Shown one piece after another: positions 53,171 through 64,000 of a DNA stretch of 64,000 nt. Position 1 is the stretch's first letter. Every line of letters begins with the position of its first letter. Below the pieces are notes generated by a model. That model had not been told where the DNA came from. It did no database searches and saw nothing but the letters and a program-made list of their open reading frames with translations. Source of the DNA: Octopus vulgaris. Its lineage: Eukaryota. The position numbers were made by a program, and so were the translations under genes. The stretch is from assembly GCA_951406725.2 (NCBI GenBank), contig OX597828.1, positions 17,360,001 to 17,424,000 on the forward strand, given 5' to 3'.

Positions 53171-53789
53171 GGTGCTGTGACTAAAATTTCAAGCGCTTTG
53201 ACTTTAACTCTTCACCCTACATAAAAATCATAACCATTCGTCACAAACATACGGAGAACTCCCGACAGATAGGTAAACTAAAATATTGCAGAACAAATAG
53301 AAAGAGCGAAAGAATCTGCATTATGGTATGAACTCTCCAACGTTCAGACATTACGACTCTATAGAAATATGAATATACAAATCAAAAATAAATGAAGCTT
53401 GCAAAATTCGTCTCTGATATTCTTCAAAAGTTTCGTTTCCCCTTCTTTTCTTTTTTTTTCTCTTTCGCTTTTCATTTTTCTTCTTTTTTTTTTCCAACAT
53501 GGAACTATATTCCTTTTAGCTAACAGACTTCTATTACCATTACACAGAAAATTGAAAAATTCATTTCTAATGTTTCTTCTTTCTGTTATTGATTTTAATT
53601 TTGGTACAAAGTCACATATTTCTAAAGACTGTATAGATTCGGTTGAATATACCTCGGTGTGTTACTAGCAATAATTTTACGGAAACTTAAGTGTTAAAAT
53701 TTTGGTACAAAGACATACATTTCTTGATAATTTATAAAAATCAGCTCAGTGCACCTCACTACATTAGAGGAAATAGTTTTATTGGTAAT

Positions 53790-54005
53790 AAGGCAGTAAG
53801 CTGACAATCGTTTCCACGCCGGACAAAATTCTTAGTACCGCCTCGTCCGTCTTCACGTTACTGCTTTCAAATTCCGCCGGGGTCGCCATTGCTTTTCATA
53901 ATTTCGCGGTCGGTCATTTAAGTACTATTTATGCACTGGTGTCGATATAATCGGTTTGCCACCCGCTCCGAAATTACTGGCCTTGTACCAATATTAGAAA
54001 CCAAA
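53790..54005 (+). mobile_element. SINE family B, diverged
   Basis: aaggcagtaagctgac...ttcaaattccgccggggtcgcc...ggccttgtacc. Confidence 0.7.
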
Positions 54006-54030
54006 AGTTTTATTATTAATAATTAATTTT

Positions 54031-54352
54031 ATTTATTTTTATTTTATCTATGCGCCCTTTTCAAGCCTAGCCAGGCTCATGGGCCCGGTTTCCCGGTTTC
54101 TGTGGCGTATGTATTCTCCCCAACTGGACGGGATGCCAGTCCATCGCAGAGTTACTCAAGAAACAGGAAGAAAGAGTGAGAGAAAGCTGTGGCGAAAGAG
54201 TACAACAGGGGTCCTCACCACCCCCTGCCGGAGCCTCGTGGAACTTTAGGTGTTTTCACTCAATAAACAAAGACAACGCCCGGTCTGGGAATCGAAACCG
54301 CGATCCTCCGACCGCGAGTCCGCTGCTCTAACCACTGGGCCATTACGCCACC
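54031..54352 (-). mobile_element. tRNA-headed SINE, head C + tail X', with TSD
   Basis: 13-bp TSD aataattaatttt at 54018-54030 and 54353-54365; A/B boxes on minus. Confidence 0.92.
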
Positions 54353-54511
54353 AATAATTAATTTTAGGGACCAACATTTTAACTTTAGATGTTAAATTGC
54401 ATTTTGACCTACATCCTACAATTCAACGTAGAAAATCTTTGTCAAAATTTTAAAATTTCTGAAAAGGTAGATGGTACTAAATTAACTATTACATTAAGTA
54501 GTTACGTCAAC

Positions 54512-54722
54512 AAGGCGGCGAGCTAGCCGAGTAGTTAGCTCGTCGGAAAAAATACTCAGCGGTTTTTTTAACGTTCCGAGTTAAAAACCCACCGCTGTCA
54601 ACTTTATCTTTCACCCTTTCAAGATCAATAAAATAAAGCTCGAGTCAAATACTGCTGTTAATATAATTGACTTGTCCCGTGCCCTCAAAATTGTTGGACT
54701 TGTCCTTAAGATTAAAGAAAAT
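54512..54722 (+). mobile_element. SINE family B, diverged
   Basis: aaggcggcgagctagccgag...ctttcaccctttc. Confidence 0.65.
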
Positions 54723-54750
54723 AACTGGTACGTTCACTTACCTATCTATA

Positions 54751-54948
54751 TACGAAGGGACGCTGGAAAGTTCCTGGCTTTGAGTAAAAGAAAATACAGA
54801 AAGATCAATTAAATAAGATTTTATTCAACATATTTCTCTTTCAAATTCACAGTGGTCCTTCAGTTTTTCTAAGCTTTGTAAAAGAACTCTGACGTTTGGA
54901 CCCTCCTGGATACCCTTAAAGCCAGGTAATTTTCAGCACCTCCTTGTG
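54751..54948 (-). mobile_element. Mariner-derived MITE (~195 bp)
   Basis: TIRs tacgaagggacgctggaaagttcctggcttt / aaagccaggtaattttcagcacctccttg; second copy at 63795-63993. Confidence 0.8.
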
Positions 54949-54957
54949 TATATATGT

Positions 54958-55024
<67 letters not shown>

Positions 55025-55387
55025 CGCTCAAGTCCTGCCGACGTCTACTGCATCTTTCATTTTACGGGATCGATATAAAAATACCAATGAGAGATATCGA
55101 CATTTCGGATTTAATCGTCTACACTATTTCCAAAAATCTATAGCGTTCTTTTGAAAATGGAGATCAATAGTGTAGAGTCGAAATGCTAGAACGGAATAAG
55201 TTGTTGGATTCTCCAGACATGATCGACTTGAAATAGTGATCATGTTTTTGTGCAGGCATAGCAGTATGGTTAAGGCGCTCATTCAATCATACCGTGTGGC
55301 ACTTTGGGTGCCTTTTACTTTAGCAGGGCGCCGAACAATGCCATGTGAGGGAATTTGGGATACGAAATAAGTGGAAATGTGTAGTGT

Positions 55388-55454
<67 letters not shown>

Positions 55455-55467
55455 TGCATACATACAT

Positions 55468-55540
<73 letters not shown>

Positions 55541-55618
55541 AACACATACAGGTATACATACATACATGCACACATATATACAATGTGCATACACATACAC
55601 ACATACTTACATACATAC

Positions 55619-55654
<36 letters not shown>

Positions 55655-55710
55655 GTGCATACACATACACACTGCCGCAAACACATGCTCATAAACATAC
55701 AAACAAACAA
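55388..55710. repeat. (CA)n/(TA)n/(TACA)n compound microsatellite
   Basis: Direct reading. Confidence 0.9.
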
Positions 55711-56580
55711 ATGAAATTACGGAGCTCTGGTAATCGACAGAGTCAATGTCTATCGAAAACGTTGCAATGCGGAACGAAAATTTTAGAAAAAATAAATAAC
55801 TAAATGATTGGAAATCGCACCGGTGAGTGTGTTAAATAATAAGGCACTAAAATATAATAGAATAACTCTCCCCAGGCACAATAAAACATGCTTCAACACA
55901 CGAATTCACATAAAGAATCTTGCAAAGCAAATACAAAAATTATATATATATATATACACATATATATATGTGTGTGTTTGTGTGTGTGTTTTAATGTATC
56001 TACATGTATGGACACGCGTCTGTGTGCGTGTGCGCGAACCACTACATAACAGTTGATGATTTGCTTACAACTCCCGCCTCAATTTGTCTCAGTTTACATT
56101 GTTACAAATACATACAGTGCGGAGATAGAGCTAGCAGTAGCTGGTTAAATTTCTTTCCAATATTTTGTGAAATCAGATGCAGGATACTCGAGAACTTAAC
56201 CCCAAACAATTAAATGGAAGAGGCTCTTAAAGTTACCCCCAAACATTTAACTAGATATGGTGTCGTATAGCCAGCTGGAAACGATGTTTCCTGAGGCAAA
56301 ACAACAGTAACATTCGTCCCTTCCAGGACAGCCACATTATGTTGGCAAATAGCCTTTACTTTAAAGAAAAGTTACTGCATATCTCTCTTTGAAAGATTTA
56401 GAAATAATAATATTTCTATTTTATTAGATTAGTGGCTGTGTGTCTCTGATTATTTTGCTTCAAATAGATGTAAAGGGAAGATAAGGCAAGCAATAAAAAA
56501 ATTGAGGTTTGGACTATTGAAAGGACAAATGCTCCAGCACAAATCCCCAACACTCGTTTCTTCGATTAGTTTTATCTTAT

Positions 56581-57299
56581 TATTTCTTTACTGCTCACAA
56601 GAGGCTACACACAGAGGTGCAAACAAGGACAGAAAAACGGATTAAGTCTATTATATCGACCCCAGTGTGTAACTGGTATTTATTTAATCTATCCCGAAAG
56701 GATGAAAGACATAGTCGACCTCGGCGGTATCAGAACGTAACGGCAGACCAAATACCTATTTCTTTACGACCCACCAAGGGGCTAAACACAGAGGGGACAA
56801 ACAAGGACAGACAAACGGATTAAGTTGATTATATCGACCCCAGTGTGTAACTGGTATTTATTTAATCTACCCCGAAAGGATGAAAGACATAGTCGACCTC
56901 GGCGGTATCGGAACGTAACGGCAGACCAAATACCTATTTATTTACTACCCACCAAGGAGCTAAACACCGAGGGGACAAACAAGGACAGACAAACGGATTA
57001 AATCTATTATATCGGCCCCAGTGTGTAACTGGTATTTATTTAATCTACCCCGAAAGGATGAAAGACATAGTCGACCTCGGCGGTATCAGAACGTAACGGC
57101 AGACCAAATATTTATTTCTTTACTACCCACCAAGGGGCTAAACACAGAGGGGACAAACAAGGACAGACAAACGGATTAAGTTGATTATATCGACCCCAGT
57201 GCGTAACTGGTACTTATTTAATCGACCCCGTAGCGGCAGATGAAATACCGCGAAGCATTTCGCCCAGCGTGCTAACGTTTCTGCCAGCTAGCCACCTTA
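56581..57299 (-). mobile_element. Family B SINE concatemer: one head plus four body units of 176-178 bp (head-proximal unit partly deleted)
   Basis: Units at 56581-56756, 56757-56934, 56935-57112 and 57113-57229; probable diverged TSD gattagttttatcttat / gattactcttatcgtat. Confidence 0.92.
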
Positions 57300-57806
57300 T
57301 GATTACTCTTATCGTATATCATGGGGTCAGTACTGAAGATTCAAATATACATTGAAGACTAGATTGAATTAAACTGATCATTCTCCATTGAAAAACTCAT
57401 CAAACCGATACTCATAGTAATGATTAATATGTGTATAAACTGAATGGTAATATCAAAGTTATTCCAACATTTAAATAAATATCATATAGAATAGTATGGT
57501 ATGTGCAGCAGCTCTTATTTATGGCCTCCCAGATATTAGGACAAGTAACCCAAAATGTTCCAAACGACATTTGATTTACGATTGGAAGTGTTTTAATTTA
57601 CTCCAATCATACAAGCAGAAAATCGATATCAGCAGACATGCTCACAAATGTTGAAACATTTCTCTTTATTGCTGTAATGAGTGAAATGATAAATATGTTA
57701 TGTAACCGTATATAACATTGAACTGTCTGTTGGTGCGAACAGTACCCAGATTCAAAGCAAATTTCTGTTAATGTGTATGTTTTTGTGTGCGCACGTCTAT
57801 GCATGA

Positions 57807-57875
<69 letters not shown>

Positions 57876-58216
57876 TACACACACACACCACTATCATCAT
57901 CATCATCAAAAAACGTTATCATCGTCATCGTCGTTTAATGTCCACTTTCCGATGCATGCGTTAAGGACGCGACCGTCACCAAGTTAGATTCAAAACAGCT
58001 GAATGCTTCTTCTCTTGTTTTTCCCTACCTATTTCCAAGCAAGTAATATTTTAATATTTTTCCAAGGCCAGTCATGCTTTCACGGAATAATTGAAGCGCA
58101 CCACACCGCTCTTATGAAGGTGATACTCATTTCTAAATGTCATACGATGTCAAAACAGACACGACCACCTCTATGTATACACAGATAAATAAGTAAATCC
58201 ATGCATATATGTCTAC

Positions 58217-58287
<71 letters not shown>

Positions 58288-58797
58288 TAAACATTTATGC
58301 ATATATATATATATATACACAAACACACAAACAGACCCACACATATATAAACATATATGTCTACGTGTATACCTATAGCTACGAGCACACACATATATAC
58401 ATGTACGAGTGTTTGTGTGTGCATGTGTCTGAATGTGTTTCTGTATGTGTGTGCATGTTTGTGCGTGTGTATGCGTCAGCATGTAATAGACATTATATAT
58501 ATATACATCTCATTATGTCGCTTTAAAAACAGGCTGTGACATATTGGACAATATATTCGCAGGTACATGAAGCCAGAGAAAGAAAAGGTGATTAGAATGA
58601 TTTTGATCATATATATATATGGTGCAAAAGCCATCTTCTGTCGATCATCGTTAAAAGAACCACCTATATTTAAGAACGATGGCGAGGTCTGAAACTTGAG
58701 CGGTCAACCAGTAAATATCATGTTTGTGTATAATTAGAGTTAACGCTCTTAATAGTATAGTGTAGAATAAAATGGATAATGTCTTACATTCATTACG

Positions 58798-59030
<233 letters not shown>

Positions 59031-59097
59031 GTATTTATACGTGTATATATATGTGTGTGTGTTTCTTTGTCTATATATTTATGTGTATGTAGATAAG

Positions 59098-59159
<62 letters not shown>

Positions 59160-59179
59160 TAAATATGTATGCATGTATT

Positions 59180-59325
59180 TCTCGTGTTCCGTTCTGCTGA
59201 AGAGCGCAGACTCGAAAAGTAAAAGACTTTCTCACCTTCCCGAGCGTTAAACTAATATACCTGTCTGTTATTTACACACCTGTCTTCGTTTTTTGCTGTA
59301 TTTTTTTTATTTGCAAATTCCAACT
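59180..59325 (+). mobile_element. Second copy of the short HHR-like module seen at 51715-51850
   Basis: ttctgctgaagagcgcagactcgaaaagtaaaagact...gagcgttaaactaata...ctgtcttcg. Confidence 0.7.
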
Positions 59326-59360
59326 CTCTCTCTTTCTGTATATCTATCTATCTATCTATA

Positions 59361-59391
<31 letters not shown>

Positions 59392-60313
59392 CTATATATC
59401 TATTTATCTATTTAGCTACATATCTATGTATCTATCTATCTCAATTACGGCTGAGCCGGGTGTTTACAAATTGAATATGCATCTATCTGATTAGCTACAC
59501 ACAGCCATGGAGTGCAGTTGTTATTTTTGCCGTTCTCGATTTTATAGTTGTATTCGATAATGGTGTTGCTGTATGGTACCAGTTCAACCCTGATGTTTTC
59601 TTTTTGTATATTACAAGCTATATTAACCAATGTATGCTTCTATGTATTTAAGATGGTATTATATAAATTCAAGGAGGTTTGGCTACTATTTCTTGTAAGC
59701 TGAACGACTACGTAGACATTCCTACGCGCAAGTACCTGAACGACTTGAACTATATTACCGTTTCATTTTCCTCTTGAAAGAACTATTTATTTTTCTCACT
59801 TCATTTAATCAAATAGTGAAGAGAGATAGACTGAAAATTTTCAGCTCCCCAAATTCCAGTCTAAATTTTTAAAAAATCATGGGCAATTTGCCCGTAAATT
59901 TATCCTCAATCGATAGTTCAATAACTTTGAGTGCGATCGGATCCGTCTGGCTGATTCTTCTTTGACACACTATATGAAAATCAAGTCTTTTAGTGAAGCC
60001 AAATCGACTCTCCGGTCACAGGACATTAATTTATTTCAATGTGTATTTAATGAGCGTTACTCAAGAGGCAACATCACGATCCTGACTGAAGATTAGAATA
60101 TAAGGGTAGTCATCCAAATCATAAGTTGGCTGTAAATGTTAACAAAAATTGATTAGAAAATTTAATGGTAAACATTCTTATACTTTACACTTCATACTTT
60201 ATCGATTCTTCGTTTGTCTAGATGCATTAAAGAGCAAACCAAAAGAAATCAGAGAGACAAGAAGGAGCAAACACGTTACAAATACAAACATACTCAAACA
60301 CGTACCTATACTT

Positions 60314-60361
<48 letters not shown>

Positions 60362-60385
60362 CATAGTTATCTCCATACATATATG

Positions 60386-60444
<59 letters not shown>

Positions 60445-62380
60445 TTAATGCTTATGAGTATGAAAGAATGTTTGTATGTGTAGGTTTATGCACGCATACA
60501 TACCATTTATGAATCCATGTAAAAAAAACATATTAGGAAAATACCCAAATAGAAGGATACAAAAAACGATAAGAGAGGCTATTTAAGTGGTGTTAAAGAT
60601 TGCAACGACGAAAGGACAAATACACACACATACACTCATATACATCCACGCACGCTACAAACACACACACACACGTATGTTAGTCTGTCTGTCTATATAT
60701 ATATATATATAAGCAAAATAGAGTGTAAATAAAGTATTGAAGATCGGTTGAAACTAAGACATAACGTCAGCAAATATTCATATAAAGCTCTAGCTTCAAC
60801 GATCTGATCTAATTGTTCAATTAGATAGATGGCTGATTGTTAAACAAACACCGTTACGTTCTGGGTATAAAACTATTCACACGTCACTGTCGCACTGCTG
60901 GGGATGCAGAGAATTCTGGTCCTCATTAATGCACTTAATAACAGTAGAAGACGGGAAATATACAGCTGTGCTTTTCACGTTGGAAGACCAATTGTAGAGA
61001 TGAGTTTACTTGCAATCAAAAATGTCCGATAGAAAGAAGCATAAATTCTTTTTTTCTTTTTTATTCCCAATTCGTTTATTTTTTGTCTATATTATTTGCT
61101 CTTATCCTCCGTTTCTTCACTGATAACTGGTATTTTTCTTTTCTTGGCTATTTTATTTTTATAATTAAAATGACAAGAAAAGAAAAAGGAACTTTTATCA
61201 GGATTGGAAGTGTGAGAGTATTCTGGATGTGTGTATATTGATTAAGTAACGTTCGTATGTATATGAGTGTGTGTGTGTGTGTGTGTTTGTATGCGTGTAT
61301 TACCTTAATGCGTGTGTGCATTTATGTTTGATATATGTGTTTATTCTTTTAATGAACGTACGTATATTCACTTAACATTTAATTTATTAGTGTTTGGTTT
61401 GTTTGTCTTGTTTCTTTTTTTTTATTTATCCTTGTTTGTTTTCTGTTTTTTGTATGTGTGTATGTGTGTTTATTTTTCTATCATTTTTTATGTCTTTACG
61501 CTTGTTTCGTTTTTATAGCTACAAAACCGTTTTTATTGGCTTGGAAGTGACAGCACGTCTAAGTAAAATGAACTGATTAAATAACGTCGACGCAAATAGT
61601 TGAAAATGATACCTAATTTTACAGAGGTGGATTTTTTTGTTTTGTTCTTTTACTCCCCTTTCAGCTTTCCTTTTTTTATGACTCTAGCAGGGAAATCTAA
61701 TGCCATAAACATTCTGAAATCAGTTAACAATTCCAGTTAGCAGCATCTGCTCTATGAAAAGCAATCATGCTAAGCTATTTGAGAAAATCGTTCGTATTGC
61801 AGTAGAAAATTACGCTATGTCAAAATCCGAACACGTTTCTGCCTGCTAGCAAATCGTTAACGATAGTATTTTTCTATCTCTTTTAAACGGGGATTCACAA
61901 TAAACAGCTTTAACAAGCTGTCAAGTTCATAATACCTGTTTCGTTTTCCACTAAACACGGGGATTTAAGCATTAGATGAGAGTTGTGAAATGCAATGTTG
62001 AGAAGTTTATGTTTGTTTTTTTTTTTTACAAAGTGCATTATTTCTTGTAGCTGATGTGTGATTGGCTTAAAACAGCAACCGAAACCAGATCGGCAATTCT
62101 GATAACTGAAAAGATATTATCACTTATTCGGTGACACATCATTTAGTGTCAAGTTCAAGATATTGTTTTATTAACAAACGTAATGTTATAGTTGTGTAGT
62201 TGAGAAAAACAGTAATGTCCTGGTTAGGCGTATGTGTGTTACAAAGACATAGCTAAAGAATAGAGCAATGTGATATCCGTGTGTTTGTTACTGATATATA
62301 GTTATGTTGTGCTGTCTATATATGTGTTATACATATATAGTTAAGAAATAAATAATGTTGCAATACTATATGTTTGATAA

Positions 62381-63015
62381 TTCGTCTATCTTTACGTTCT
62401 GAGTTTAAATTCCGCCGAGGTCGACTTTGCTTTTCATCCTTTCGAGATCTATAAATTAAGTACCAGTAGCGTACTGGGGTCGATCTAAACGACTGGACCA
62501 CCCTCCCCCAAAATTTTGGGTCTTGTGCCTAGAGTAAAATATAATATTATATGTCTGTGTAAGGAAGCGAGCTAGAATAATCATTAGCTCTCCGGGCTAA
62601 GTTCTCAGCGGCCTTTTGACTGTCTTGACGTCCTAAGTTCAAATTCCACCACGGTCGACTTTGCCATTCATCTTTTCGATCTCGATAAACTAAGTACTAG
62701 TTGAGCACTGGTGTCGATGCAATCTACTGACCCCCAACACCCAACCCCTAACTGCCAACCTTGTGTAAAAATTTGAAACCGATATTATGTGCCTATGTAA
62801 GGCGGCCAGCTACAAGAATCGTTAGCACGCCGGAAAATATGCTCAGCGGCATTTTGATCCTCTTTGCGTTCTGAGTTCAAATTCCACCGACATCGAATTG
62901 TAACTTTCATCCTTTCGGAGCCCACAGAAATAAGTACAAGCTGATCACTAGGTTTGATTTAAACAACTTACCCCTTCCCCGAACTTGCTAGCCTTGTGCT
63001 AAAATTTGAAAACAA
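62381..63015 (+). mobile_element. Three head-to-tail family B SINEs (62381-62545, 62560-62785, 62799-63015)
   Basis: Each has the gttcaaattcc/gtttaaattcc ... ttcatc..ttcg block and is followed by a similar attatRtgYct spacer. Confidence 0.82.
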
Positions 63016-63186
63016 TATTATATGTCTGTTGTTAGAGATATATAGTTGAGGAATAAAGCAATATCGTGATGTCTCTTTTACAGATATTCATCATTTCTCT
63101 TTTATGACCCAAAACTCCAGATGGAATGATACGGGTCACTGTGGAGACAAAGAACATATTTTGAACATTTTAAATTTCTGCCGTGT

Positions 63187-63508
63187 GAGGGCGCGTGGCT
63201 TAGTGGTTAGGGCATTCGGCTCATGATCGTAAGGTTGTGAGTTCGATTCCCGGCAACGCGTTGTGTCCTTGAGCAAGACACTTTATTTCACATTGCTCCA
63301 GTCCACTCAGCTGGCAAAAATGAGTTGTACTTGTATTTCAAAGGGTCAGCCTTGTCACTCTCCGTGTCACGCTGATTATCCCCGAGAACTACGTTAAGGG
63401 TACACGTGTCTGTGGAATGCTCAGCCATTTGCACGTTAATTTCACGAGCAAGCTGTTCCGTTGATCGTATCAGCTGGGACCCTCGTCGTCTTAACCGGCG
63501 GAGTCTTT
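63187..63508 (+). mobile_element. tRNA-headed SINE, head D + tail Y, full length
   Basis: A box tggcttagtgg, B box gagttcgattcc; 3' ~180 bp match the tail of 22167-22547. Confidence 0.9.
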
Positions 63509-63527
63509 AAGTCTTTAATTTTTGCCG

Positions 63528-63558
63528 TACTCCTCTCTCTCCCCCTCTCTTACTCTCT

Positions 63559-63646
<88 letters not shown>
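63528..63646. repeat. (CT)n microsatellite
   Basis: Direct reading. Confidence 0.95.
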
Positions 63647-63647
<1 letters not shown>

Positions 63648-63794
63648 GATTTAACCTAAGTCGTTTTCTTTCAGAAACAAAAGATAGACAGAGAGAGGAA
63701 AAGATAGAAAAAGAGAGAAGAGAGAAGGATTTGTAATTCATTTATCCATCACGAAATGATGAAAGGTAAGAATGAGGTCGGCAGTATTTGACCG

Positions 63795-63993
63795 TACGAG
63801 GAGGTGATGAAAAGTACCTGGCTTTAAGGGTATCATAAAAGGCCTGGTTGGAGACCAAACATTCCGGGTTCTTTTACAGGGCTTAGAAAAACTGAAGGGG
63901 GTCAGGGAGGAGAATATGTTGATCAAAATCGTAATTAACTGATCCTCTTGTATTTTTTACCCAAAGCCAGGAGGTTTTCAGCATCCCTTCATA
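63795..63993 (+). mobile_element. Mariner-derived MITE
   Basis: TA-flanked TIRs cgaggaggtgatgaaaagtacctggcttt / aaagccaggaggttttcagcatcccttca; retains transposase tail remnant QGLEKLK...GEYVD. Confidence 0.82.
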
Positions 63994-64000
63994 GTGTGAA

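Noticed and set aside
63187-63262. tRNA genes (also heads at 22475-22547, 42323-42390 and 54280-54352)
   Set aside because: A/B boxes are present but acceptor stems are poor, and each continues into a SINE body; the three other heads also have TSDs.

Overview
Very AT-rich eukaryotic non-coding DNA (intron or intergenic). The SINE families and extreme microsatellite load resemble octopus or other coleoid cephalopod genomes; this is inference from memory, not a database search. I found no intact protein-coding gene, and nearly all ORF-track entries are translations of (TA)n, (TG)n, (TAA)n or (CT)n tracts. Supported content: dozens of tRNA-headed SINEs in about four modular families, several with clear target-site duplications (TSDs); decayed R4/Dong-type RLE LINE fragments (7.4-8.9 kb and 10.7-11.2 kb); mariner transposase relics and two mariner MITEs; a non-autonomous Helitron; a Helentron-like element enclosing a Gypsy integrase fragment; a ~35-bp minisatellite; and many microsatellites. 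The most interesting signal is a set of short, mostly unrelated non-coding modules embedded in (TA)n tracts that carry type I hammerhead-ribozyme (HHR) motifs with palindromic stem III, as in Penelope-like elements (PLEs). One has a fully intact core inside a 170-bp inverted repeat (29.3-29.4 kb), and several have unusual core or stem II variants. A second signal is a SINE that repeatedly inserts into, or concatemerises at, its own internal GGTATTT site. Coordinates of degenerate repeats are approximate.
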